Assembly: GCA_963824215.1 (NCBI GenBank)
Contig: CAWGOE010000004.1
Location: 137,629-201,628, forward strand
Origin: an uncultured Solirubrobacterales bacterium
GTDB taxonomy: Bacteria; Actinomycetota; Thermoleophilia; Solirubrobacterales; 70-9
Reading direction: 5' to 3'
DNA length: 64,000 nt
The notes under the pieces are model-generated. The model was not told the origin of the DNA. It saw only the letters and a list, made by a program, of their open reading frames with translations, and ran no database searches. The first letter of the stretch is position 1, and each line of letters begins with the position of its first letter. Position numbers and translations under genes: made by a program. Shown here in pieces: positions 17,323-26,305 of this stretch.

Positions 17323-20273
17323 TCGCCGTTCTCAGCCTCGATCGGCGCCCGGTCGCGCCGGCAGATCGGCGCGAAGTCGCAGAACGCCGGGCAGACGTCG
17401 TGGCCGCGCAGCCCCTCGCGCGGTCCCGGATCGCGGCGGATCTCACCCCGCCGCATGCGGCCGACAATCTCGCCGGCGCGTCGGCGCGCGTCGGCCAGCA
17501 TCTGCTCGAACTCGGCGTGGTCGACCACGTCCTTCTCGTAGAGGCGGTAGGAGGCGAGCCCGGCGGCGGCGTCCTCGCGGACGGCGCCGCGCGGGCGGCG
17601 GGAGGAGGTGCCGCGCAGCGGGTGGTAGAGACCGCCGACAGCGTCCGCGCCCCAGTGCTCGGCCACGGCGATCAGGTAGAGCTGCAGCTGCAGCTTCGCC
17701 TGCTCCTCGAACTTCTCGCGCGGGGTGACCGTGCGGGAGAGCTTGTAGTCGAGGACGAGTGCCCGGCCGGCGGCGTCGCGGTCGACCCGGTCGATCGCCC
17801 CGTGCAGTCCCCAGCCGTCGATCTCGAGCACGGGGCGCTCGGTGTTCTCGTCCTCGCCGAAGCCCGCCTCCAGCAGCCAGGGCTCGAACCCACCCGTTTC
17901 GCGCTCTGCCTCCTCGGCGAGAAAGCGCGCGAGCAGTCCTTCGACCCGCCGCGCAATCGCCCGCTCGGTGGGGTGGACGCCAAGTCCACGCTCGCCGGTC
18001 ACCTCGGCGAGCAGCTCGCGCGCCCGTCCGATCCAGGCGCCAAGCGAGCTCGGGCGGGGGAGGGGGTCGCCGCCGGGGCGCTCGCGAAAGAGGCGATCCA
18101 GGATTGCGTGCATCAGCCCGCCCTGCACGAGCGGGTCGGGTGCCGGGTCGAGCGGCTGGGGGTCGAGCTCGTGCGAGACGAACCAGCGGTAGGAGCAGAC
18201 GTCGAAGCCCTCCAGAGTCGTGCCGCCGTAGGCCGGGACGGCGGCGAGGGAGGCGAGCACGGCTGGATTGGAGAGCGGCCCGGGGGCACGGCTGGCGGCC
18301 TCGGCCCTTCGCGCTCTGGCCAGGTCGGCCTCTGAGGGAGCCAGGTGTCGCGGTAGGCGCACATCGGTGAGGCTGCGGACAATGGTCAGTTCCGCCTCGA
18401 CCGGATCTGCCGTCGCATCCGGCGCCGGCGCGAGCAGTCGGCGCACCTGATCGAGGAAAGGCGAGCGCGGCTGCGCGACCCCGTTCTCGTCGCTGTCGCG
18501 GTAGGAGAGGAAGAGGCGCTTGCTGGGTAGCGCCAGGCAGGAGTGGAAGAGGTAGCGCTCCTCGGCATCGGGGTCGCGGCGCGGCGCCAGGCCGAGCTCG
18601 AGCCGCTGCGCTTCGGAGAGGAACGGGTCCGCTGCGCTGTCGCGGCGCGGGAACTCGCCGTCTTGGAGCGAAGCGACGAAGGCATACTCGAAGCGCGAGG
18701 CGCGCAGGCGGTAGGGACTGGCGATCCGCACTCTTCCCTCGACCGGCCCGCTCCAGGCGCGGAAGCGGAGCTCGCGCAAGGTCGCCGCCAGGTTCTCGGA
18801 CCGTGGCGCCAGCTCGGGCAGCTCAGCCAGGTCGCCGAGCGCGGTGGAGATCTCCGCCGCGGCGCGCAGCTCCAAGCCGTCCCCTCGGCCCGGCGTTGGC
18901 CCGTCCTCGCCGGCGCGGATGGGGCGCGAAGCCATCGTCCCCGCGAGACGGGCGATCGTGGCCGCAAGCTCGCTCGCGCTCGCGCTCTGTCTCAGCTGCT
19001 CTAGGTCGCCGGGCAGCTGCTCGTAGCGCTCCTCCCACAGGCTCAGCGCAGCGGCGGCGCTTTGCAGCCGGCGGCGGCGAATGGCGCGCTCGAACCAGTC
19101 GACTCGCGCCGCGGGGATCCCCGATGGCCCGCGCAGGAATCGCAGCAGATCGGCTGCTCGACCGGTACCGAGCTCAGCCTCCAACAGCGCGATCAGCGCT
19201 CCGCCGACGGAAGTCCCGGCGACCGGGATCTCCGCCTCCAGCGCAACGCCGACGCCGTAGGACTCGAGTACCGCTGCCAGCAGCGGCCCCCGCCGCGCTG
19301 GGTCTCGCACCACGATCGCGATTCCGGCTGGGTCGGCGCCGCTCGCGATCAACTTCGCAATCTCGGCGCCGATCGCCTCCGCCTCGCTGCGCTCGCCGGC
19401 GGAGCGCAGCAGCACAAGGGCGTCGCTCGGCTGCCGCCGCGCCGGTTCGGCGCTGCCAAGCTCACGCTGCAGGTGGACCAAGAGGGGATCGATGCCGAAG
19501 GGTTCGCGCTCTTCGGGGCCGCTCAGTGCCTCGTCGGTCGTCGCGATCGTGCTCAGCTCCCGCATCAGTGAGGTGCGGGCGGCGAGCGCCGCGTCACCCT
19601 CCTCGTAAGCGAGGGCGACGGTCACGTCGGTGATCTCGCTCAGCGCCTCGAGCAGCCGACTCTGATTTGGAGTTAGATCGCCCGGCTCGTAGAAGAGGAC
19701 CGGCCGCCCTCCCCAGGCCGCCTGTGGCGCCGCTCGCAGCGACTCGATCGCCGCCCGCGCGACCCCGTGCACGTCGAGCAGGCCGAGCCGGTCCCGGACT
19801 TCGGCATAAGCGCCGAACAGCTCGGTCAGGTCACCGAGGTAGGCGGAGGACTCGAGCGTCTGTGCCCCCGACCCGAGCGAGTCTGGCTCGAGCCCGGCGC
19901 TCTGCAACTCGTCGAGCAGGCGCTCGAAGGAGAGCGCAAAGCCCGAGCGCCCGGCGGCGCGCCGTAGCGGTCCCAGCCTCTCGTGGCGGGCCGCGATCCC
20001 CACAGAGATCGCCGCCTGACGCTGGGCGGGGGCCAGCTCGTCGCCAAGTGGGGCGCCGGTGCAGCGCGCCACCTCACGGAAGAGGTCGGCGAAGGTCATC
20101 ACCGAGCCGCCGAGCGCGGCGCCCGTCTCGCAGAGGCTGCGCTCGAAGCGGAAGACGTCGTCGAGCGTCGGCAGGACCAGGATCGGGTTGCGGTCGAGCG
20201 CCTCGCGGAAGAGGGCCTGGATCCGGCCGGCGCGGCCGGAGTTGGGGGGTCCATGGATCAGCGTCAGTGGCAT
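17307..20273 (-). CDS. Helicase-nuclease partner subunit (AddB/AdnA-like) with C-terminal Cys cluster
   Basis: Degenerate P-loop GPPNSGRAGR, a C-terminal nuclease region (LVLDYKLS) and CPAFCDFAPIC. Start set at MPLTLIHGPP. Confidence 0.82.
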   Translation of the reverse strand: MPLTLIHGPPNSGRAGRIQALFREALDRNPILVLPTLDDVFRFERSLCETGAALGGSVMTFADLFREVARCTGAPLGDELAPAQRQAAISVGIAARHERLGPLRRAAGRSGFALSFERLLDELQSAGLEPDSLGSGAQTLESSAYLGDLTELFGAYAEVRDRLGLLDVHGVARAAIESLRAAPQAAWGGRPVLFYEPGDLTPNQSRLLEALSEITDVTVALAYEEGDAALAARTSLMRELSTIATTDEALSGPEEREPFGIDPLLVHLQRELGSAEPARRQPSDALVLLRSAGERSEAEAIGAEIAKLIASGADPAGIAIVVRDPARRGPLLAAVLESYGVGVALEAEIPVAGTSVGGALIALLEAELGTGRAADLLRFLRGPSGIPAARVDWFERAIRRRRLQSAAAALSLWEERYEQLPGDLEQLRQSASASELAATIARLAGTMASRPIRAGEDGPTPGRGDGLELRAAAEISTALGDLAELPELAPRSENLAATLRELRFRAWSGPVEGRVRIASPYRLRASRFEYAFVASLQDGEFPRRDSAADPFLSEAQRLELGLAPRRDPDAEERYLFHSCLALPSKRLFLSYRDSDENGVAQPRSPFLDQVRRLLAPAPDATADPVEAELTIVRSLTDVRLPRHLAPSEADLARARRAEAASRAPGPLSNPAVLASLAAVPAYGGTTLEGFDVCSYRWFVSHELDPQPLDPAPDPLVQGGLMHAILDRLFRERPGGDPLPRPSSLGAWIGRARELLAEVTGERGLGVHPTERAIARRVEGLLARFLAEEAERETGGFEPWLLEAGFGEDENTERPVLEIDGWGLHGAIDRVDRDAAGRALVLDYKLSRTVTPREKFEEQAKLQLQLYLIAVAEHWGADAVGGLYHPLRGTSSRRPRGAVREDAAAGLASYRLYEKDVVDHAEFEQMLADARRRAGEIVGRMRRGEIRRDPGPREGLRGHDVCPAFCDFAPICRRDRAPIEAENGEWEER

Positions 20274-20407
20274 AGCGGCAAGCGACCCAGCATAGGTCCG
20301 GCGGCGGCGTGCACAGCGATGCCGCAGAGCCGCGGCGTGAAGCCGCAATTGGCGCATTTCCCGCCCCGCTTTGCCGTCTTCCGCCCTCTCTAGATTGGGC
20401 GCAGCAG

Positions 20408-20863
20408 ATGTCCCTTTGCTTCGTAGACCCAGCAGATGCGATCCGCGCGATCTCCGACTCGATCGGCCGCGAGGCCCGTCGGCAGCTTCTCGGCGAGGCC
20501 GTTCGCGCCTGGGTCGACGAGATCCCCGACGACGAGCTCGAGGTCCACTACGCCAAAGCCCTCTCCGAGCTCGACGAGCACGACCTCTCGATGCTCGCCG
20601 CCTGGCACGGCTCGCTCGAGCTCGGCCAGCCTGTTCCCAACCGCGACTTCCTCATGGGCGCCTTCGGCTCCCTCGGCGAGAACCGCCGCGAGGCGCTGAA
20701 GCTGGCAGCCGGCTTCCGCGGTGAGGAGGCCGTCGACTCCGGCGTCACCGAAGACGACGCCCTCGAGCTGGTCCTAGGCCTGCTCTCCCAGCCGCGCCAG
20801 ATGGAGCTGGCCGTAGAGGCCGTAGAGCTCTACGTCTGGGACCGGGCTGGCTCGGACAACTAG
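20408..20863 (+). CDS. Hypothetical protein
   Basis: Acidic 151-aa ORF from the internal Met. High G+C codon pattern. No recognisable motif. Confidence 0.5.
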   Translation: MSLCFVDPADAIRAISDSIGREARRQLLGEAVRAWVDEIPDDELEVHYAKALSELDEHDLSMLAAWHGSLELGQPVPNRDFLMGAFGSLGENRREALKLAAGFRGEEAVDSGVTEDDALELVLGLLSQPRQMELAVEAVELYVWDRAGSDN

Positions 20864-21106
20864 CCGGGACTCAGTTCAAGTAAGCCCGGTTCTCGTTTTC
20901 AAGTATTAGCGGGGGTTTTGCGGGAGCGATCTTTGAGCCGCCGCCTCGAAGGCAGTTAGCGGGAGCCGCAAGGCCAAGAATTTTCCCCGCTAGCTTCGAC
21001 CAGGGTGATTCTCGCACAGCGGAAGCTCCGACCTGAGAGCCGGAGCTGATTTCGAGCAGGGCGGTTTACCGAGACCTGCGTGCTTATTCAGAGGGAGGCG
21101 GTAGGG

Positions 21107-22666
21107 CTAGGCCGCGACCGCTAAGCCGGGTGGGGCATTCGCTCGTTTGCGCTGCTCCATCGCCAGCGCGTGCATCGAGCAGAAGACCATCAGGAAATCC
21201 AGTTGTGCTTGCTCGCGTCGGCGATACCAAGACTTGCCTTTGAGCAGGCCGAAGCGCGTAACCAGGTGGCCGTGAAAACCCTCGCCGTGGCCGAAGCGAT
21301 TACGCCCAAACTTGGCCGCGATAGGCGAGTTGAAAGTCAAGGGATTGCCGAACAGCCAATCAGCCTTGTCCTCCTCGCCGGGCAGGCAACGAACGAAGCG
21401 TTTGGGACTCTCGGTGAGTCGCCACTTGCCGCTCGTGACGGTGATCGAGCCGCACGATTTGCACTCGCCCTCGACTCTGACGACCGCGCGGCCATTCTTG
21501 TTGCGGCTAATCCGAGGGATGGTCTTGCCCTGGCCGCAAACACAGAACAGCTCGCGATGTCCGTTCGCCCGCCAGTCTGGATAACCCTGGATTTGGATTG
21601 CCTCGCTGTTCTTCTTCTCCGCGTTCTTCTTGCTCACCTCGCGGTCAGCGTGGGAAACCGGATGAACGCTCTCGACAATCCCGGCCTCGCGAAGCGCCGC
21701 TCGAAGCTCGCCCTTCGTGTAGGCGGCATCGCCGGTCAGCACCGCCAATCCATCCCCCAAGTGCGGAGCCACGTTCTCGCGCCACTCCTCGCGCAACATC
21801 GCCAACGCGGTATCGCCCTCGCCATGGCCTTTGGTTGCCAACGGAGTCAGGCGACAAGCCAACGGCAGGCCGGTCGAAGTCGTCACCGCGACCATGTTGA
21901 AGCCGTGGCCGTCCTTGCCGTGATTACTCTCGGTTCGCGCCATGAAGCCGCCGCCCTCAAGCGTCGGCGGTTTGATTTCGCCCGTCTTCCGGTTCAAACG
22001 CTCGAAGCTCGTGTAGTGGCTGCGGATCACCGAGCCGTCGATGTTCAGCGTTCGCGCCTCCTCACGGAAATCCGCATCCTCTAGATGCTCGGCAACCAAG
22101 CGTTGAAACAACTCCTCGTAAGCCTCGATATGTCGGGACAGCTCCCAGCGTTGGAGGTGCCGCCAGATAGTCGCCTCGCTTGGTACGCCATCCATTGACT
22201 TGACCAAGGTGACGCCGCGACCGTAGCGCTTGCGGGGCTTGTCGAAGCCCAACAGCACTCGGGTTGGCTCTTGGCGATCTGAGGCCAGCAGCGTGCGAGC
22301 TTCGCCATAAGTGCTGACTCCGGCGAGCTTCTGAAAGAGGACAGCGCTCTCAAGCTCGGCGCTCGAATACGAGGGAGCAGGACCTTTCCTAGAACGCTCC
22401 GCGTCCAACTGCGCCAGCGCCGGGAGCATCACGGCCTGCCAAGCCTGCGAGTCCAAGACCACTCGGGTCTTCTCGCCCAAGCCGACGCCCCGCCACTCCC
22501 CACGGCAATTCGCATACGGAGTCTCGACCCCGATAGGAGGAGCCGGAAGCACTTTGCTCCGAGGCCGTCGCTTGCCCGTGCCTTTAGCCATAGGAAAAAC
22601 ATGCGGTCTCTCACCGGCCTTCCTCGCCGGATCACTATATGTAGATCCGCTAGTCTGCTCAGGCAT
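21107..22666 (-). CDS. DDE-type transposase-like protein (IS4/IS5-superfamily-like, with zinc-ribbon insertion)
   Basis: Candidate catalytic contexts NIDGSVI, LTGDAAYT and GHGEGFHGHL, with a CVCG...CKSCG insertion between the second D and the E. Start uncertain (22666 or 22588). Family assignment tentative. Confidence 0.6.
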   Translation of the reverse strand: MPEQTSGSTYSDPARKAGERPHVFPMAKGTGKRRPRSKVLPAPPIGVETPYANCRGEWRGVGLGEKTRVVLDSQAWQAVMLPALAQLDAERSRKGPAPSYSSAELESAVLFQKLAGVSTYGEARTLLASDRQEPTRVLLGFDKPRKRYGRGVTLVKSMDGVPSEATIWRHLQRWELSRHIEAYEELFQRLVAEHLEDADFREEARTLNIDGSVIRSHYTSFERLNRKTGEIKPPTLEGGGFMARTESNHGKDGHGFNMVAVTTSTGLPLACRLTPLATKGHGEGDTALAMLREEWRENVAPHLGDGLAVLTGDAAYTKGELRAALREAGIVESVHPVSHADREVSKKNAEKKNSEAIQIQGYPDWRANGHRELFCVCGQGKTIPRISRNKNGRAVVRVEGECKSCGSITVTSGKWRLTESPKRFVRCLPGEEDKADWLFGNPLTFNSPIAAKFGRNRFGHGEGFHGHLVTRFGLLKGKSWYRRREQAQLDFLMVFCSMHALAMEQRKRANAPPGLAVAA

Positions 22667-23030
22667 GGGAAACCCCGATCTGCGCCCAAAAGACACGAAC
22701 GAGCGCAAAGCGGCAGCACTGCGCGCGAAGCTGCCTGACCACGAGGAAACGGCTCGCCTGGCTCGACAAGCTCAGGTCTTGGGCGACCCGACCCGCTTGA
22801 GCATCTTGCTCTTGCTCCGAGAAGCTGGTTCCTCGCTTGAAGCCGGAGAGCTGTGCGTCAGCGACCTGTGCTTGATCATCGAACGCGAGCAGGGCGGAGT
22901 CAGTCGCCATTTGAAAATCGCCTTGGACGCTGGCCTGGTCACTCGGCATCGCCTCGACCTCTGGGCGATGTACGCCCTGACCGAGCGAGCCAAAGAACTC
23001 CTGGCAGCGCTGCTCGGCTCCGAGAAGTAG
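22665..23030 (+). CDS. ArsR/SmtB-family transcriptional regulator
   Basis: VLGDPTRLSILLLL...ELCVSDLCLII...GVSRHLKIALDAGLV is the ArsR wHTH signature. Confidence 0.8.
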   Translation: MGNPDLRPKDTNERKAAALRAKLPDHEETARLARQAQVLGDPTRLSILLLLREAGSSLEAGELCVSDLCLIIEREQGGVSRHLKIALDAGLVTRHRLDLWAMYALTERAKELLAALLGSEK

Positions 23031-23050
23031 CCGACCTGAACAGTGGCCGG

Positions 23051-23701
23051 TCACTCGCCTGCCTCCTCTCCGAGGAAGTGCGCCAGCGTGTCTCGCCAGA
23101 GGGAGTGGCGGCGGCGATAAGAATTGATGCTCGGCAGGCACTTGTGATGGTCGCCTTGAGCGCGTGCCAATTCCAGCTCGCGCTGACGCCAGGCTTTGAA
23201 CTCCCTGACCTCTGGCGGCTTGCCGAGATCGTCAGCGCAACGCCGGAGCGTGTCGCGCAATTCCTGCTCTGAGTAGCGCCACGTCCGACCAAGGCGGCGG
23301 CTGGCAAAGCGCGCCTCGATCCGCCGCGCCTGGCTCGGCTGCTCCGGTGAGTCAGAAAGCAATAGCGCCTCCTTGGCTAGCCGCCAAGTTCCGAAATAAC
23401 GCATCACCTGGGAGAGCGGTTCGACGCTGGCCTTGCCATCGCGGATCTCCTGCTGGATGGCCGCTCGGTAGTCGTCAGCGGTTAGCTGCGCTGGCTCCTT
23501 CCCGGCCAACTCGCCGACCCGATGCATAGACGCCAATAGCCGCTCGGACTCGCTCAAGTCGTCAGCCTCGCCTCGAAGCCGAAGCTCGGTTAGACGCCGC
23601 AAGACCTCCATCTGCTCCCAAGCGGTCAAGGCTTCAAAGCCGATGACCATCAAGCCAACAGCAGTCGTCGGCAGTTCCAGATTGGGATCGGGTTTACTCA
23701 T
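23051..23701 (-). CDS. Hypothetical protein with homing-endonuclease-associated-repeat-like motifs
   Basis: Two units of the type ...YFGTWRLAKEAL and ...SINSYRRRHSLWRDTLAHF, each preceded by a 'context' helix (YSEQELRDTLRRCADDLGKPP). No nuclease motif seen. Confidence 0.5.
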   Translation of the reverse strand: MSKPDPNLELPTTAVGLMVIGFEALTAWEQMEVLRRLTELRLRGEADDLSESERLLASMHRVGELAGKEPAQLTADDYRAAIQQEIRDGKASVEPLSQVMRYFGTWRLAKEALLLSDSPEQPSQARRIEARFASRRLGRTWRYSEQELRDTLRRCADDLGKPPEVREFKAWRQRELELARAQGDHHKCLPSINSYRRRHSLWRDTLAHFLGEEAGE

Positions 23702-23758
23702 AGGCGAAATAGACTATAAGTAAAGCAGCGGCGGAATGTCAAGGCAGCACGTCTGCGG

Positions 23759-23977
23759 ATGTGGGAGGCTTTTCCGATGTTCGGGGCAGGCGTAATCGTC
23801 GGAGTCGTCGGGGCGGTGATTCTCGGTCGTGGAATGTGGCTCGTCGTAATGGCACGAACGGAACGGCTAGTTCCCGCCGAGAAGCAGCGAGCAGAACGTG
23901 TTGCCATACAGGTGGCACCAATTGGCGTTCTCATCTGTGCCATCGCGGCGGTACTGCTGCTGTTGGGAAGCAGCTAG
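23759..23977 (+). CDS. Small two-TM membrane protein
   Basis: Two hydrophobic helices (FGAGVIVGVVGAVILG, VAPIGVLICAIAAVLLLLG). A GGGAGG RBS precedes the second Met at 23777, which may be the real start. Confidence 0.5.
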   Translation: MWEAFPMFGAGVIVGVVGAVILGRGMWLVVMARTERLVPAEKQRAERVAIQVAPIGVLICAIAAVLLLLGSS

Positions 23978-24198
23978 TAGCTATCGCGCTCCATGCCGTT
24001 CCGTCGCATCCGCGCTTGTGCTCTTGCTCCGACCGCATCCCAGATCGTCCCCGGCGCAGAGCGCTTCCAGTCTCTATCAAGAGCAATGATCGCGTTGCCC
24101 CACGAACCGGGGATGTAGTTCGCGTAGCCGTAGCGAAGAATGAAAATCGCGGTCTTTTGTCTCCAGCTAAGAGATGGTTGAACGGTCTGCGCCTCCAT
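23974..24198 (-). CDS. Small hypothetical protein (74 aa)
   Basis: Internal Met of ORF 23974..24390 (MEAQTVQPSLSWRQKTAIFILRYGY...). Diverges from the XRE gene. Confidence 0.35.
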   Translation of the reverse strand: MEAQTVQPSLSWRQKTAIFILRYGYANYIPGSWGNAIIALDRDWKRSAPGTIWDAVGARAQARMRRNGMERDSY

Positions 24199-24244
24199 GC
24201 GGCGAGTTTCAGCCGAGCACGCCCCTATCGTGAGACTTCCGTTT

Positions 24245-24508
24245 ATGCCGAGATCGCGAGAGCCAAAAAGACGCCAGGCTGCCAAAGCCAAGCCCTCGCA
24301 TAAGGCGCTGGGGCGAGCGGTTGCCTTTACCCGCGAAGAACTTGGCTTGACGCAGGCTGAAGTCGCCAAGAAAACCGGCCTGCACGCCACCTACATCAGC
24401 GGGATCGAGAACGGCTCCCGCAACCCAACTTGGACTGTTCTCAGTCAGATCAGTAGGGCGCTCGGCTTGTCGATCTCCGAGCTGGCAGCGCGGGCAGAAT
24501 CCTTATGA
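24245..24508 (+). CDS. XRE-family HTH regulator
   Basis: LGLTQAEVAKKTGLHATYISGIENGSRNPTWTVLSQISRALGLS. The stop overlaps the next gene's start (ATGA). Confidence 0.8.
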   Translation: MPRSREPKRRQAAKAKPSHKALGRAVAFTREELGLTQAEVAKKTGLHATYISGIENGSRNPTWTVLSQISRALGLSISELAARAESL

Positions 24509-25575
24509 GAGGGAGGCTGCGGCAAGCTCGCGGCGGCCTCAAGGCGGCGGTTGCAAGATTCAAGGGCATTCGACGGCGACGACAGATCGGCATTCCTGCC
24601 TTCGCTGTCATCTTGGCGCTCTCGGTCTGGGCGGCGCTCGAACGCGATGTCTTCGAGGGAATTCTTCTGCTCGTTGCCGCCTCGGGTCTACTCGTTGCAG
24701 CGCTGGGCTTTGCTCCTAACCGCCCGAAGCTGCGAGTGACGGACTCAACTGGTCATGACTGGATGGCTGTTAAACGCGAGCCTGTTCGTCCTATTGATGA
24801 GGAGGCAATCGTTGATGAGCAAGAACAGGTGTGCCGTGAGGAAATGCCCCGCCAACCTCGTCCAGTGTTTCCTCCGGGGCACGTGTTAGGCGGCGCGTCC
24901 GTACAAACGATTGCCGAGCAACTTGAGCAGGCGAACCGCCATTTAGGTCAGCCCTCCGATGATGTGCTTCGGGAACATCTGGGAGAGGTCAACAACTACG
25001 GCTCGGAGTTGCGCGAGTGGCTGCTGAGCTTTGAGGCCGCGCGGGCAGAGTGCTTACGGATCTTCGAGTGCGAGTTGCGTATCTACGAGGCTGGCCACGC
25101 GTCCGCTGATCACATCAATCTCATCCTGAGATTTCCCGAGGGCTTCGAGCTTGACGAAAAATTACCTGAGGTCAATGAGCAACCAAAGCGGCCTGAGTTC
25201 TCATACGGATCGGTTGTCCTGCCGTTCTCAAGTGCAATGGACTTCGCGCAGAATGCCGCCAGCTACGTCGAGGGACTTAAGCTCCACCGAACCGACGATG
25301 AACCTCGCTACTCGCTGGAGAGTGGCCGACCCAGGATTGACTACTCATTGGGGCACGTCAATCAGGCGCACTACCGATCAGTGCCCGCCTTCACTTTGAA
25401 GGCTCCGAAGGAGCCAGGCGAGTACGAGATCGATTGGGAACTAACCGCTGATGGCTTGCCGAAAGCGCTCACCGGCACTTTTATTTTGGAGTTTCGCCCG
25501 CCTTCTCAGAGTCAGCCGCTTACGGCGCTCGGCGATCTCGAAGCCGAGGGCAGGCAGTTCAACCTGCTTAGCTGA
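24505..25575 (+). CDS. Membrane-anchored hypothetical protein (2 N-terminal TM helices plus a roughly 270-aa soluble domain)
   Basis: 356-aa ORF translationally coupled to the XRE gene. TM segments IGIPAFAVILALSVWAAL and ILLLVAASGLLVAALGF. No known motif. Confidence 0.65.
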   Translation: MRGRLRQARGGLKAAVARFKGIRRRRQIGIPAFAVILALSVWAALERDVFEGILLLVAASGLLVAALGFAPNRPKLRVTDSTGHDWMAVKREPVRPIDEEAIVDEQEQVCREEMPRQPRPVFPPGHVLGGASVQTIAEQLEQANRHLGQPSDDVLREHLGEVNNYGSELREWLLSFEAARAECLRIFECELRIYEAGHASADHINLILRFPEGFELDEKLPEVNEQPKRPEFSYGSVVLPFSSAMDFAQNAASYVEGLKLHRTDDEPRYSLESGRPRIDYSLGHVNQAHYRSVPAFTLKAPKEPGEYEIDWELTADGLPKALTGTFILEFRPPSQSQPLTALGDLEAEGRQFNLLS

Positions 25576-25579
25576 CAAC

Positions 25580-25864
25580 TCAGCCCTGAAACAGCGTGGC
25601 AAGCGCGGCGATCAAGCTGGCTAATGCGGTCAGCCCGGTCAGGCCGATAGCGATGTTCGCTCGACGCTTGGCTTCCTTGGCCTCTCGGTGCTCCCTGTCG
25701 GCCTCCATAAACACCTGACGCATGTGAGGACGTTTCGGCACGCCAATGCCTTCAGTCCGCATCGCACTGGCAACGCGACCCGGCAGGCGCTCAATCGCAC
25801 TGGCAATACGGTCAAGCTGATCGGGCGCAAGATCGGTTCGCTCTTGCTCTCGCTCGTCAAGCAT
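25580..25864 (-). CDS. Small tail-anchored membrane protein
   Basis: 94 aa with a C-terminal TM (IAIGLTGLTALASLIAALATLF). Lies downstream of the XRE gene 25901..26170 on the same strand. Confidence 0.5.
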   Translation of the reverse strand: MLDEREQERTDLAPDQLDRIASAIERLPGRVASAMRTEGIGVPKRPHMRQVFMEADREHREAKEAKRRANIAIGLTGLTALASLIAALATLFQG

Positions 25865-25900
25865 GGCGCTGACGATAAGGCTGAGAGCGGCGGCTACCGG

Positions 25901-26170
25901 CTACTTCTTAGCTTTTGAAACCCTGAACTTGCCTGGAGCTGATGGCTCGTAGCTGAGGCCATCGAGGAGAACGGCGGGCTGGACGTTTAAGGCTCCCGCG
26001 AGTCGCAAGAGCGTGTCTAGTCGAGGGAGCTGGTTAGCCCTGAGAAGCTCGCCGATCTGGGTGCGGTGTATTTCCGCTGCCTGCGCCAGAGCTTCCTGAG
26101 TCATCCCCGCCTGCTCCCGAGCGCGAGCCAGGTTCTCAGCGAAGCGTTGGGCGATGGCGTCATCGGGCAC
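25901..26170 (-). CDS. XRE-family HTH regulator
   Basis: FAENLARAREQAGMTQEALAQAAEIHRTQIGELLRANQLPRLDTLLRLAGAL. Paralog of 27034..27315. Confidence 0.8.
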   Translation of the reverse strand: MPDDAIAQRFAENLARAREQAGMTQEALAQAAEIHRTQIGELLRANQLPRLDTLLRLAGALNVQPAVLLDGLSYEPSAPGKFRVSKAKK

Positions 26171-26305
26171 GAGCAGCAGTCTCTTGCCCTGCCCGCCTTT
26201 AGACCACAGGGTAAACCTGGATAGGAAAACCCGTCAGGGACCTGCTACCGTCCTCGGCCGCTTTCGGCTCTGCGGAGTCCAAAGCGCTACGAAAGGAGAC
26301 AGGAA

